Positions 1-13,700 of a stretch of 64,000 nucleotides of DNA are shown piece by piece. How positions within the stretch are numbered: the stretch's first letter is position 1; every line of letters begins with the position of its first letter. Location of the stretch: assembly GCA_030704615.1 (NCBI GenBank), contig CM060732.1, positions 47,554,001 to 47,618,000 on the forward strand, given 5' to 3'. The translations under genes and the position numbers were made by a program. This stretch comes from Takakia lepidozioides. Lineage: Eukaryota > Plantae > Bryophyta. Below the pieces are notes generated by a model. It saw only the letters and a list, made by a program, of their open reading frames with translations, was not told where the DNA came from and did no database searches.

Positions 1-297
1 TTGAAGACGGCCAAAATATCCTACTTCATAGCCTGATTGTCCATTCGTGTCCACAACTGAACCTGCATGGCGGGACGCGGTACGCCAACACCATAAAAAA
101 TCGATAGCGACATTTCGCGATGGTTGCCAACAACACACCGTCCCGTCTCATTCTACATGCAATGCAATGATATGGATGCAATGGAAGCATGCATGTACCA
201 TGGGCAGGATGAAGGCATGCAGGGGGGATGGGGATGCGGGAGAGGGCATGGCCAGGGCATGCGTAATGTCCACGCAGCGGGCACATGGGGGCACATG
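1..297. mobile_element. Fragment of the same repeat family as the CACTA-like end at 24730-25640, truncated where it joins an MCM2 3' end
   Basis: 245-287 GGCATGGCCAGGGCATGCGTAATGTCCACGCAGCGGGCACATG matches 25145-25187 at 40/43 nt in the same orientation, and both have similar CATG-rich upstream sequence. Confidence 0.5.
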
Positions 298-354
298 GGG
301 GCAAATTTTACACTTGATACAATGCACCGGGTTATCCGTCACCCTCTTTCATGA
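297..354 (+). pseudogene. MCM2: Orphaned end of the MCM2 last exon (GANFTLDTMHRVIRHPLS*) followed by its 3' flank
   Basis: Reverse complement of 49076-49133, the end of the MCM2 terminal exon. The flanking sequence stays homologous through to the RF gene copy. Confidence 0.9.
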
Positions 355-1630
355 ATTGTGAGCACTTTGTTTAATCTTGAGAGCAATCTTGAGAGCAATC
401 CGTTAATGTACAGTGGCAATTCCATTATTTGACTGGTTAATATGCAAGTAGACTCATGTTGAGCTGGACTCAACCCTTGAAATAGGTACAGGTGGGAGTG
501 GCATAAAACATAGATTGGTGACAACTTTTGGCAGACTTGAAACAGCTAGAAGCCACTTCTATCCAGGCTAGGAAGCAATTACCCCGATTCTAATCTCTGA
601 AATGTTAGTCTAGTATTGGACTGGGTTAGGATTGTTTTATACAAATAGGGAATCACTTCCAGCATAGGCCAGTGCTCAGACCACCATCGTTCAAGTTGGG
701 GGGCGGAGGGATTGCATGAGCCATCTTGGAGGGCAATTGGGTGGTCACTTTGAACAGGGCTCAAGCACATATGGGATATTTTGGTTTTCGTGCTACGGAA
801 AGGCGAGTGCTCATAGCATCAGCTGTATGTGTTTAATCCAGAACGAGCTAAAGAGATGGGGGAAAGGATCTTCTAGGTGACACAGGTAAACTAGATCATT
901 TTGATTATTTTCATGTATAGTCCATCTCATGGATTGTTTTCTGAGAAATGAATTTGTTGGCCCCAAAAAGTGAAGATTAAAAACATTCAAAAAGCGACTA
1001 CAAATACAGTAAAACATTAAAAGCCTTTCATTTATTTTAATTCAGTTTTTTCTCCTAATGTTTTTCAGATATTAATTGTTTTGTCTTGCCCCTTATTTTG
1101 TTTTGTTTAGTACACTGGGTCGCTCATGGAGTATTTTCTATGATTGCCCCACATGCAGGTCAGGTTCAAGTCACCTCACAAGAAAGAAAGAAAGAGGACT
1201 CCCCCCGGGAAAGGCGCCAAATCATACATTCTCTTCATCCCCCAAGGATTCCCAAGGATTACTGGTTCCATTGGAAAGTGGACCATTTCAACCCTAGTCC
1301 CCTAGGTTATGCACAAGCAAGGCACAACACCCAACCACTAGGCTACCTGGTCTAGTGTGATGTGCAGACATTCTGAACTGCCATATTTGTGGCTTCGTCC
1401 AGCACTAAGGATTGACAAGTGAAACACGATTTCGGCAGTAAGGTTAGCCCCGCCATTCTACCTGCAAGGTCTTCCTTCAAGTTGGACACAACCTCATGTG
1501 GATGGATATTTGAGGATTCTTCTTGGAAATTCTACTACCATAGAAGTTGCTTCCTTGTCCAGATTCAGCCGCCTCTGAGAAAAATGAATGTTGGTGTATA
1601 TAGGAAACTTGTCAGTTCAGTCCCACAGCT

Positions 1631-4078
1631 TCAAGCTCCACGTAGAGGCTTCAACTTCTGCAACGGATATCAAGAGAGTGTATCAACACACACAAAACTG
1701 TGTCTGTGTTCCTGCTGATTGTGTAGGCAACCTAAGACTAACCGTGCACACAGCAGGGAGATTATGTAGCACTTGTCTTCTGTCTCCTTCGTCTTTCGTT
1801 TCCTTTGTGTGTACACATATGTGATGTACTTCAGTGGAGGACGTTTCTACTGAAACTGTCCTTTTTTGTAAATAAGAAAGTGCCATGAAGCGCTTACTTT
1901 TAAAGCTCGGAGATTGTTGACGGCGTTCCACAATAGCCTATCCGAAACAATCAGCCTTGAAAGTGCCCCGGTGCTCACCCTGCAGGTCAATCCAGGCACA
2001 TCTTGAACCCCCAATGTAGACGTAATATGCCACAAGATCACAATGAAACAGGATCAGAAAATCTACAAAATTACAGCACTGATGGGAAATACCGACTCTA
2101 GAAATGAAGCTACTCAGAGTCAACTGCACACATAGCTCCTACGAGGTCATCATTCAGTTGAGTATCGGTTCAGGCCTGAGGCACCAGGTTGGCGCCAGAA
2201 TCCAAGCAGAGCATGGCCCTCTGCAAGCTTTGAGCCCATTCAGTAACAAGACAATCCCACTTCGAATAAACTTCACACTCCGTAGAGTATGCCTCCCCCT
2301 GTTTCATGGGGAATACAGGATGTCTGGAGGAGGCTTTTTAGACATGCAGGTTTGGACTGTGAAACTTAAGGCCTCAAGGTCACAACAATTGTTTGCCATC
2401 ATCATGAACTAGTCGAGTTTACAGGATATAGTAACTGACCCCAGCAGTGTAGCAGACTCGGAGATAGACCATTAACCATCCACAGCAGGTCCAGCAATGC
2501 CTGCAGTCCCTGTAATGCAGAGATGGATCCATGTCAAATGTCTCGACTTCTAGCCAAATCTTCCCATCACTTTTCATCTACATCCTAAATACGGTGTGCT
2601 AGTGCACAAAATCGCTATGAATTCAGATCTTGAAGCGGACTCATCAAACCAAAGTCTATGCTTGATGCACAAGACTACCTGTAAGGCCACTGCTGCAGAC
2701 AAACTCCCTCTCTCAGCTAACAATGAAGCAGTGTGACGCAGTAAGAAAAACAGACAGTGAAACTTCCCAGCTACAGTACGGGTAACATGTGCAAACAAAG
2801 ACAGAGAATCCAGAACACACAGCAGGGTACCAGCACAAAATCGCAGTGATTAGGGCCTATCTGCTGCACTCCTTCCCTCTCTCTTTGTCTTTGAGCCCGG
2901 AGGTAGAATTCGCAGCAGCTCAGGGGGAGCTTTGTAACCTTCTAGCTCCACAGGCTGCCTGACTAACCCCAAAAATCCCCCGCTCAACAAGGAATAGGCA
3001 ATGGAGTCAGCATGGTAGATGCAAATACTTTCTCAATCCTGTTTAACAGATCACAGTTCGTGAGTCCAAATGTTCCTGCATGTAAAGGTGGGCACCTTCA
3101 ACAGCAATCAGCTGCCGCAGTCGATTCAAAGCCAGAGTTCGGTTATTATGCTGCGACCGGTCTTCTGACGCCTGCTTTTTTGCAATCATTACTTCAGTTC
3201 ACAAGATGCACTTCATTAATAACCAGCCCAGGTTCTTCGAGCCAATAAAAAAGACAACCTCCGACATGACATCCTTATTGTAAGGAGACCTCAGGCTTGT
3301 AGAGCTGTGCATTTCAACGGTGCCTACTTGCCAGATTACACTCACAAACAACCCAATAAAACAGCTCCAACATCTCTGATCCTTAAACCGCTGGATGTGC
3401 CCTACAAAACAGGAGAAGGTTCCCAAAATTTGTAAATAGCCTACAGACTTAAGTTAAAGTGCAGTCACCCGACCCCGCATGGATACGCTTATCAGGGAAA
3501 TTTCTTGTAAACAATCTAAATTCTGCTCAAATCTTTCACATCATCCCATATACTGAGACAAACAGCAGAAAAAACCACTCCACAACAGAAAAAAGGTGGA
3601 ATTGATAAAGATGCAACGAAGAAGAAAGAAAGACGGACCACACCTGTGAAACCAGACCCGTGGGAAGGTGTCGGAGCCTGACTGCACTCTCGGTCTTGTT
3701 TCGGTGCTGCCCACCAGGCCCAGATGCTCGATACGTATCCATTTTACACTGAAGAAGCAGCTCGCGCTCGCTTAAGCCAAGAAAATCGACCACCCCAACG
3801 GCGCTTTCGTTGCTGCTGCTTGCATTCGGCACTTCACTGCTGCAGCCGGTATCAGAAACATTGTCTTCTTGCCCATTCTGCGTGTGGCTTAGAAATCTAT
3901 TCAAGGGCACCTTGAAGGAGGCAGGCACTGCTGCAGCAACACAATGGAAACATCGTGAAGAAGACGTTGGGTGGTCATTCAAACCGGAGTTCAAGGAAAG
4001 CAGGGATCCGAGGCGGAAACTGGTTGTAAGAAGATGGTGTAGGGGTGCATGCAAGCCCAGCAATGGCGGCCGCCCCAT
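1631..4078 (-). pseudogene. Class I peptide-chain release factor family (GGQ) gene, copy 1; frameshifted as assembled
   Basis: Exon 1 encodes [28 protein letters not shown] and the six-exon layout matches copy 3. A 2-nt loss in an A-run (~2884) and a 1-nt loss in a G-run (~2470) break the frame; these could be sequencing errors. Confidence 0.75.
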
Positions 4079-4309
4079 TCGACCGATGCTTCTCACTTGA
4101 GCCCTCTCGTTTCTTCTCAGCGACAGAGAGAACTCCCTGCCCTGTCCTTCTTATGGCATTGTAGTAGGCGCGGTATTCGATCCTATTCTGCCTGGAGAAA
4201 CGCAAAGGGTTTTGGAGGGCGTGATGCTAAAAAATTTGCGCAATCCAAAACACGTGTAGATAGAATATTCCATCCGTAGGATTGAAAGAAGTTATGAGGA
4301 AATCCCCAG

Positions 4310-4770
4310 AGAAATGAAATGGTGCTTTATAACGTCCGCGGACAGCTCATAGAGCTTATGGGACAAAATGGAAGGAAAAACATGAGAGAGGAACAAATCC
4401 AGAAACCAAGAATAACAATTAATGTTCTAGCGACTGTCTAAGGGTGAAGGTCTCGTGCAGGTAGGCTGCCAAGCATTTTTGATCCTCATAGTGGAAGACT
4501 TCAGTGAGAGTTTGGGTTCCACTGAATGAACGGTGGAACCTCCCACGGATCTCGTAGTATAGAGGGCAGTAGAAGAAGTGTTCTTCAGTTTCAATTTCCT
4601 GGCTGCGCCCTATGCAAGCAGGACATAGGCGGTCCTCCCGTTGCAGGTTTTCCCATCTGCCAGTCTCTATCCGTAGGTTGTGGGAACCCACTCTGAACCG
4701 CCCCAATGCTCTCAGGAGGGAAGGAGATAAGGATAGTGAAAGGTAATTTGTCTTTCTAAAGGAGAGAAAG
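4310..4770 (-). mobile_element. 5'-truncated LINE 3' end (RTEX/RTE-like ORF2 C-terminus, 3' UTR and ATTTC tail)
   Basis: Encodes FRVGSHNLRIETGRWENLQREDRLCPAC...ETEEHFFYCPLYYEIR, the C-terminal Cys/His motif of non-LTR RT ORFs, and ends in CATTTCATTTC. Confidence 0.75.
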
Positions 4771-6394
4771 ACAAACGTAGCCGGTTTGTGTCGAAGGATG
4801 GTTCTTCGTCCGTCGACGTGCTCTCCTCCAGTCTGGTTCTTCAAGAAAAAGAGAGATCTGTGATGTGTGTGATGTAGCAGAGGAAATGACAGGTCCAGAG
4901 GTGTAGGGCAGGAGATCGAAGCATCACCGGTAATTGCTAGGCGGAGAATTGGATGCAGAAGAAGGAGATCAAGTCTGTAGATGGGTACATCAATAGGTAC
5001 GTGTAGATGGATATCACTGCATTGTTCCTGCTACAGCCAGAACCATCTGCGATATGGTAATGGAGATAGAGCTGGAGAAATTGGAGGATTGAAAAGACTT
5101 CGCTGAATTAAGTAACGGAGATGAAGCAGGCGAATGATGGTGAGAGAGACTCGATCAATAACGTGGACCGAGGTCTCAATCAGACTTTAAGAAAAGCTAC
5201 AGGGTACATTTTTATGACCTACGCCTCCTCTCTAGTATAGTGTGTGTATGTTTGTCTTTTTTTTATTCTTTGGCTCTCTCTCTGTCTCTCTCCAGATCTG
5301 GGATACATGACCTGTTTCACCTCATTCTTTCAATGACATGGGTGCATTGCCGTATTTCTATTTCTGTCTTCACCAAAACGAGTTAAGCTTCCATAGCGTC
5401 ATGTCACTTTCAGATGGTTGAGAGTATCGCAATTGCCGAGTCTTGAAAAGATATCGCCACAGGGATTCGGGAGGTTATATGTGTGGATCTCATGAGTACA
5501 ATGCGGAATGAGTGGTAAATGCCTCCACTGTCTTGCATAGAATCGGCAGATGATTTAAGAATTGGAATCGGAATCAATTACTGCAATTGTTTGGTACGGT
5601 TAAACTATCACGAGTGCATAAGCCTTTATATTTTCAGGGTAAATGGTAACACAATCGAAACTTTCTCCCGGTAGCGCAACCGGTGTAAATCACTTCTCCA
5701 AAGCATCTCCTACTTCAATCTGGGGAAATCCGCTACTAAATCTTGGGAGGCCATGAATCTTTGTTTAGCATTGGCCTTCATTACTTCAGCATACTGTTGT
5801 CATTGTGTCTTTATGGGTAGGGAGACTTTGAAGCGGATTCCATTCATGCTAGAGAGAAGTGTGACAGGACATTCCCTTTGCGCAGTTGTACGGAACCTGT
5901 TTTTCCTTTGAGACAGTATTTGTGATGAGATGCCATCACATGACCCACAACAGGCCTAGGCATTATTTTGAAATATAGAGCTAAAACATATTGTTTTAGT
6001 TGGAAAGAAGCATAACAGTGTAGAACTTCCAAAGCAAAGTCTGCATATAACAACTTGATGAGTATTGAGTCTTCTGCAGCTGTACAATAGTTATTTTTAC
6101 TACCTTCTTCCAAGGAGAAAGTGCATATGAGAGTGATTTGAGAGCCTGGCTTTGTCCTTCGGACCGTGGATCATGTTGCCCCACTGTGCCCCTCTGACAT
6201 AGGTGATAACTTCCAAATATATTGCACTTAGTATGAAGGGTTAAATTGGAAAGCCTGCCTGTAGGGGCGGACCAGTTCGGGATTGAGGTGGTGCACACCT
6301 CGGATGCCCAGCTTCCGCTACAGATGTGTTTTGATATACTTCAACTCATTTGTGGTCCACGTCAGTCATCCTGAAAAGTGTGCCTTGGTGCTTC

Positions 6395-9300
6395 AGGTTG
6401 TTAAGAGTTGGTAAATTTCTGGGTCGGAAGGAGTCAGCCGAGGGGCCATCAAGTTCAGAGAGAAGAGAGGATGACGAAGATAACAGTCCAACCCCAAGTC
6501 AGAGTGCAGACCCTATTGTCTAACCAGCATGCTGGGTGATAGTGTAGCTCTTGTCTGCATCATCTTCAATCATTAGTGTCCTACTTTCTTCCACTTCAAG
6601 CTGTCAGGGTTAGCTGGTATTGCATATATAGCCATCTATATGTTATCTAGCACAACCTCATGTGAACGACTTGCTCGATTAAGTACTGAGAGCTGTCCGA
6701 TTGTCAACTTTAAAGCTGTAAATCTAAGTTTGTAAAGAGGCTCCTGCCTGCTGCCGTTTTGGTGATGTCTCTCATCTGAGTTATAGATCAAATGGTGCTG
6801 ATGGCTTGACAGAGCTACACAACTGATTTAAGTGACAGCATGGGGGAGGTTAGTGGGTCACCACCCAGTTACCCTTTTGACACTGCAAGGAGAGGGGGCT
6901 CAATGGGTAACTCAAGACCCTCAACAGGCGGGAGAGCCACTGACACTGCCCGGGTTGCCAGGTGCCCCTGCAATTGATCTCGGTGTGCTCATTTTTCCTT
7001 GTCTTCCTCTCTCTCTAGACCTGGTTTCTGTCTCTTCAGTCTGAAAAATTGCCCCCTTCAACTTATTTTGGATTCCACTGTGGCAACCTTATTTGTTCTG
7101 TCTTTTTAGCTATCTCACAACGTGATGACAAGCCTTGTTATTTGCCTCTACGATTCCAGGAGAAGTGTCAAAAGCAGCCTACCTGTAACAGTGGAATGGG
7201 TGAGTTGTGTCGGCACAGATGTTTTGCGGGAGCTTGCCTGGAGCGGGGTGCCTCCCAACATAAGACCTACTGTCTGGCGACTCCTTCTGGTCCGCACTTA
7301 TCTGCATAGCTTGGTTGCTACTTTTATCTGACATCCTACCAGAATGAAATCAACTTGAATCTTCTCCTCTTTGCGTTCTGATACCTTGTCCGGGATATTC
7401 TCACCAGAGTGACCCTCTTTAGGAACATCAAAGTTATTTATCTAAGAGATAGAGAGAGAACCATCAATATGCCGCACAAGCTCCTTTAATTTGAAGACAA
7501 GGCGCTGGATGCCAGGCTGTGCAAATGTGTAGTGGTCTTGAATGCCATCCAATAGTTTTGTCAGACACCAAAAAGTACCAGCCTCCATCTGTCCCCCCCA
7601 CTGGATCCCTTCATAGGTGGATTCCTGGTTTGACTGCTCTCTTGCTTTCCCTCTCATTCACTGCTCTCTGATGTCCAACTTGATACTAGTGTAAATTCTC
7701 ACAAGACTTGCCAAGCAACGCATGAGAATGTCAACGTCCCCATCGTCCGAAAGGCTGATTCAGAGGCCCCTATTTCCCTGCAGTCTTGAAGAGGGATAGC
7801 TAGAAATGGAGAGATTTCTTGAAGTGAAAATTGCAATTTTTATTCATGGCCTATTGAAATGCATTAATATTGATGCATGCCAGGAACTAACCTCATGGAT
7901 ATTGGAAAGTTCCTACATGAGGACATGATAAATTGGAGGTTGCGAGTCTGTAGGTACTTTTGTACGATAGAGAAAATGTTTTCAGTCAAGTTAAGATGAC
8001 TGTCTTTGTAGGAGAATAAAACCAACCTGGTAAATGGTTTCCATTGGAAGTTCACTCAACACCCAACTGTCCATGTCGCCCTCCAAATATTCAGAAAGAA
8101 ACACTATCATGAATGGTGTGGGTCGTTAATCCCCTGCACATAACCACTTGCTGGTTGCCGGATGGCCCTGCCAAGTGTGACAAGTGGCTTGTCAATGCAG
8201 GAGTCTAGTCTACATCTTTTAAGTCTCAATGTTGTATATGCATATAAATGTCCGGACAAACAGTTGTCCCTTGATGATTGGCAGATGGGGTGTAAAGCCA
8301 GCACACATAATTTTAGTGTTTCACTGTTCTTTTGAGAACAATGGCACATACCAAAAAAGAGAGAGAGAGAAATGAGTACCAGATATAGAGAATGCGTGAC
8401 AAGGTGGCCTGAATTACTGACAACTCGAAGAACGGCACATCGGGCAGTGTCCTTGGCACATCCACTGATATCTACACTATTGCACGCACCGTCCAATATC
8501 AGCCACCAAAGACTTGTAAAGCCTTCGAGTGCATGAAATTGTTTTGAAGGGTGACACATTCTGAAAGTCCAATTTTGTCATTTACAAACTCAGCCTCAGT
8601 GTGCTGGCTAGAAAACTGCGTCGAATAATTTTGGGTCGCCCCTGACTTTCACATGGATTTTTGAGAGCGCAGTGGTGTGGTAGATAATCTTGTATTTTTG
8701 AATTGATCATGGGACGGGTATGCTTGAATAGGTTCCTTTCCAACTGATTGGACGCTTGTGGGACACATGGTTGTCTGAGGCTGACAATTTTCCTGAGTAC
8801 CTTGTGTACGTCTGTGCTAGTTTTCTGCTAACTGTAAGTCCTTGCCCTTCTTTGACTCTCCCCTTTCCTAAGTCTGCGCTTAACAGTTGTTCTCATTACA
8901 TGTATGGATGCACAGATGATAAAAGCTGTCTTTGCTCCATTGTATTAGCTTGTGACATATGCAGTTGGATGTTGCATTCAAGTGTACCATGCTTGTTGTA
9001 TATGTACAGTTTTGTCTACTTTCCTATCCAAATGCCAGTAAATGTCAGTTTGTCAGAACAGTCACCGTAAGCCTCCCCAGTTTTGCCATATTTTTCACTT
9101 TGCACTAGTTTAGGGCTAACCTGGTTTCAAATTTCCTCCCAATGTGTCATCCTATTTCAGAGAGTGCTTTTGGACGGTGGACAATATGCCCCAGTTTTTT
9201 CTTGTACCATCCATTGCTGCTTCAAGTTATTTGTCTCCAACCCTTGTTTGGGATGCAATGGTCCGACCAACTGCAGCAACTTGATTTCCAGGAAATGGCA

Positions 9301-9400
9301 TTATTTTTGCAGCGTCTTCATACCAAAGATTGGGACACATCAAGAGCTGGAAATGGTGCTTTCACGGGCATTCATGTGGAGCGTCATGTTTGACACCCTT
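6395..9400 (+). pseudogene. TBC1D22/GYP1-like Rab-GAP pseudogene with its central exons inverted (~7441-8580)
   Basis: + strand exons: LRELAWSGVPPNIRPTVWRLLL (~7220-7289), RLWDTWLSEADNFPEYLVYVCASFLL (~8731-8833), WSDQLQQLDFQEM...ELEMVLSRAFMW (~9259-9393). - strand exons: ISVDVPRTLPD, AIRQPASGYVQGIND, FWCLTKLLDGIQDHYTFAQPGIQ. Frameshifts are present. Confidence 0.9.
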
Positions 9401-9927
9401 CACTTCCACACACAGAACGTAGTTGAAAAAGATCCCTGCTCTCCTTGAGCATACCGGGAGGTCATATCTGAAACTGCAATGCCAAATACTTGACGAAACA
9501 GCTGATAAAAGGCACGATTATTCTTGAATTGGGCAAGTTGCTCAAGGCCGATAGCAACCTTAATGGGTTTGGAGCTGTAGCAAATCGCAGCGCTCAGCAT
9601 CGAAGACTCCAGCTTGGCAGTTCTGAAAACTCTCAAAACCTCTGCATGCAAGACCAAACCCCCATCCCCAAACTCTGGAAAAGGGAGAAACTGACCGGTA
9701 CAGAATCGATTAGCTGCTGGAGATTTTAACCATGATGCCTTCACTTCCGTGGAACCCTTTACCCTTGCGGCCTGATAAAAAATCTCCAGGACCTTGTCAA
9801 AAAACGCCCGCACAGCCACCTCATACCCGTCTTCCATAAACAAACGAGTCTCAACCTTTATTACCTTCAAATCCGTCTTCATCAAATCAAAGCTCTTCTC
9901 CCGCTCCCTCTCCCTCTTCTCCCTCTC

Positions 9928-10653
9928 TATCGCGGCCCTTTGCCTTGAGGGCAGGGGGTCGGGACACATGAGGAGCTGCCCCTGTGGTGGGGGCAGCGAC
10001 AGCGATAGGTATGGGGGGCTGAAGCACCCTTGAGTGCCTAAGGCACTCAGGGAAGCGGAGGCGCTCACTAAGTGGAGCCCCGCACATCGGGTTGCGGTGG
10101 GGGTGGCTCCACAAGGGGTGGTGGTAGCTTAGTGGGACTTAGTGGGGGTGGCATAGGACTCACCATGGGGGCGGAGACCTCGTGGTGGGAGTCGTGGGGA
10201 GTCTTGGGACTCATCACGGTCCATAGAGGCCGTGGTGAGCGGGCCAAGACTCACCGCGACTCACCACCGGGAATCGAGGGTCTTCGTGGTGGTTCGCCAT
10301 AAAATGGCATGGCTGGTTGTGAAACCCTCACGGACAGCTACAGAAGTATATATAGGGAGTAGTAACCCCGAGAACGGTGCAAGCCCGTTGGTGACCAAAA
10401 ACTAGTGAGTAAGCGAGCGAGCCGGAAAACGACCAAAGAGTGAGGAGCTGTTCCGGACTGCCATCTACCAAAGGGAATTCCACTAGGCCCAAATAGGTGG
10501 AGGGTCTTTCGGGAGAGCGAAGGGGGACCGTTATGTCCTGGTGAGCAGCCGAAGCTCCAAGTTGGCCCGGCGGCCGGTTGGGAGTCAGGCGCGCGCATCA
10601 AAGCAAGTAACTATGACTTGAGGGGGGAGCTTACCGAAGTGAGGTGCGCGACA
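9928..10653 (+). repeat. 5' LTR (TG start mutated to TA; ends CGCGACA)
   Basis: Aligns with 16173-16895 with about 13 substitutions (essentially all transitions) and 3 single-base indels, counted by eye. Confidence 0.95.
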
Positions 10654-10655
10654 CT

Positions 10656-10667
10656 TGGTATCAGAGC
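10656..10667 (+). promoter_or_regulatory. Primer-binding site complementary to tRNA-iMet
   Basis: TGGTATCAGAGC lies 2 nt after the 5' LTR. Confidence 0.92.
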
Positions 10668-10707
10668 TTAGAGTTAGTACGCGATCGTCCTTGGGATTGG
10701 CCTCATC

Positions 10708-13700
10708 ATGGGGTCGGGCAAGCCGAAGCGAAAGCGGAACGGCCCAAAAGATGATGATCCCGGTAAGCCCGATGGGGGCGACGTGTCACCGAGGCGGCCG
10801 TTTGAGGAAGCGATGCATGTTTTCCAAAAACGAGGCCGCTCAAGAGCGGGAGGAATCCGAGGAGCCGGAGCCCGAGGAATCCTTGAGAGCTCCGACAAAC
10901 CAAGAGATGTCTCCCATGCCGGCAGCCTTTTGGGAAGGGTTGTTGGCGCAGTTTGGCGGGACGTTGAGAGACGTGTTGAAGGCGGCTAATGCCACTTCCA
11001 CTAAGACAAAGTTTAAGGTGAAGCCTAAGGAACCCGGCACCTTCGAGGGTGTCTGAAATCGGAAGGCACTCAACACCTGGCTCCTGGAGCTAGAGCACTA
11101 CTTCCGGGCGGCCAAGTTGAGTGACGAGGATCGGGTGGAAGTGGCTCCCACCTATTTGAGGGGCTATGCTCAACAATGGTGGCAGAAACGCCTTCACGAC
11201 CGAGGTCCAAGCCCGGAAACCTTGAACTGGAGTGGGTTCAAGGATTGATGAAGAGACAGTTTGTGCCCCTCAACGCGTCCTGGCTCGCCCGGGACAAGAT
11301 GAGGAATTTGAAGCAAACAGATGACATTCGGGGATATGTCCAGGCTTTCAATGTGCTGTTGCTCGAAGTCGCGGACATGGCAGAACCAGAAATGGTCTTC
11401 AACTTTGTGGCGGGACTGGCCCCATGGGCCAGGCGGAAGTTGGAGGAGAAGCCACCCAAGACTTTGAACAAGGCTATTGAGAGGGCTGAATGTTTCTCAG
11501 ATGTTCCTAGGGGTGAAAGACAAGGTCGTACGGAGCTGAACCACAAGAAGATTCGGCGGGAAGATGACTCCTTCCGACCGGAAAAGAAGTGGGATAGGCC
11601 ACGCGGCGAAAATGGCACGTGGAAATCGAAAGGAGGGCCTTCACACGTCAAGGCGGCACCCGGTGCTTCGAAAGGAAAAGCGGGTGGAGCGGCTTATGGC
11701 GGACAGAAGGCGACCTTTGATGGAGTATGTTTCAATTGCGGGGAGCCCGGGCACATGGCCAAGAAGTGCACGAAGCCCCGGCAATTGAACATGACTCGGG
11801 CGACCACAGAGCTGTCGAAAGATACCATCAGTCGCTTGGTGGAAGCGGTGGTCGCCAGGACTTGCAAGGTAGGCAAATTTTCTTGTGAGTTGTATCAGGA
11901 AACTAGCGCCTTACGAAAAGGGAGTCAGTTATTAATCGTGGATGGGATAATATCCGGAACTAATGTGTCGTTGTTGGTGGACACAGGAGCGTCGCACTCC
12001 TTCATGACACCGGCAACGGCACAAAAGCTGGGACTCCCGACAAGTGACGTGGGGGCCTCTATTGAGGTGCGTTCTGCCAAAGGAGAACCACAGTTGGCGA
12101 CAAGGTTGGCGTTTGATGTTCCTCTTCAACTGGGGAGTTGGGAGGGACGTGAGAACTTCACCATCTGCGAGATCGATGGAGTAGATCTCATTTTGGGGAT
12201 GACCTTTTTGAGCAAATCCGGAGCGGTCATAGATGGCCGCAATAGAGTAGTCACGCTGCCATGTGGGAATGGTGGCGAGGTCTTACGAGTTTCGGAAACG
12301 CCCAAATCCGTGGGAGGGCGAATAAACCTTCTGTCAGTAAGGGAGTGGGCCGTGGAGGAGGCACACGAACCCCAGTTTTTGCTTTACATTAGAGAAGTGA
12401 AGGGAGAAGGCGATGGGGAGCCGAGCCCAGATTGGATCAAGGGGATTTTGGAGAAATACCAGGATGTGATGCCGGAGGATTTACCAAGCGGCTTGCCACC
12501 GCGAAGAGGAGTTGACCACAAGATTGAGGTGATACCGGGAACGGAACCGCCTGCCAAGGCACCCTACCGGTTGAGCCACAGGGAGTTGGTCGAGCTGAAG
12601 GCTCAGCTCAAGGATCTAATGTCAAAGGGGTACATCCGGCCGAGTAAGTCACCTTACGGAGCCCCGGTGCTATTCGCAGACAAGAAGGATGGGACGCTGC
12701 GGATGTGTGTCGATTACAGGGCTTTGAATAAGGTGACTATCAAAAACCGGTACCCTTTGCCAAGGATTGACAACCTCTTCGATCGGTTGGCAGGAGCGAA
12801 GTATTTCAGGCGGATCGACTTGCGCTCCGGCTATCATCAAATTCGGGTGGCGAAATGAGATGAGGAGAAGACCGCGTGCAGGACAAGGTATGGTTTATAT
12901 GAGTTCTTGGTGATGCCTTTTGGGCTCACTAATGCACCGGCGACCTTTAGCACGCTGATGAACAGCCTTTTCAGGAATGGTTGGATGACTTTATGATCGT
13001 ATACATCGACGACATCTTGGTGTACTCGAAAACAAAGGAGGAACACCTAGAGCACCTCAAAAGGGTGTTCCAAAAGTTGCGGGAAGGGAAGCTGTACGCC
13101 AAAGCTTCAAAATGCGAATTCGGGGTCACGAAAGTGGAGTTCTTGGGACATGTGATTACACAGAATGGGATCAAAATGGATGACAGAAAGGTGAGGGCGA
13201 TCTTGGACTGGGAGCCTCCGACTTCGGTCCCGGGAGTGCGATCCTTCCTAGGACTCGCCTCCTATTACCGAAAGTTTGTGAGAAATTTCGCCAAGATCGC
13301 GGGGCCGCTGTCGGACCTTCTGTGTAAATCCAAAGTCTGGGTATGGAACACATTTTGTGGCCAAGCTTTTGCTGAATTGAAGCAGCGGATGGCGGAAGCT
13401 CCAGTCTTGAAAATCCCGGAGTTCGATCGTCCGTCTGAGATTCATACAGATGCATCGGACTTCGCGATTGGGGGTGTACTTATGCAAGATGGACGTCCAG
13501 TGGCTTACGAAAGTAAGAAACTGAATGAAGTGGAGCGACGGTGGCCGACGCACGAAAAAGAAATGAAGGCGGTGGTGCATTGCCTTGAGCTCTAGCGCCA
13601 CTATGTTGGTTCCAACCCAGTGAAGGTATTCACGGACAATGTCACGGTGAAGTATTTTGCCACGCAGCCCAAGTTGTCCCCAAAACAACTTAGGTGGCAA

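Larger units (their letters stand above)
1535..8583. repeat. Left arm of a ~7 kb near-identical inverted duplication (partner 35104-42171)
   Basis: Identical ORF translations on opposite strands (8107-8559/35128-35580, 4419-4844/38854-39279, 3536-4096/39602-40162); coordinate sums are 43687-43705 throughout. Confidence 0.97.

Noticed and set aside
124-354. 76-aa ORF as a novel small protein
   Set aside because: A chance fusion of repeat sequence to the last 18 codons of MCM2.
2104-2412. 102-aa ORF conserved in four places
   Set aside because: It lies antisense in an RF intron, and its conservation simply reflects the recent duplications.
4850-6390. Additional captured gene fragments (also 33550-34200)
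   Set aside because: Some coding-like texture but no motif I can recognise in any frame; needs BLASTx.
9400-10068. 222-aa ORF as a genuine LTR-host fusion gene
   Set aside because: The first ~46 aa are antisense LTR sequence with a non-ATG start; the in-frame join is an accident of the insertion.
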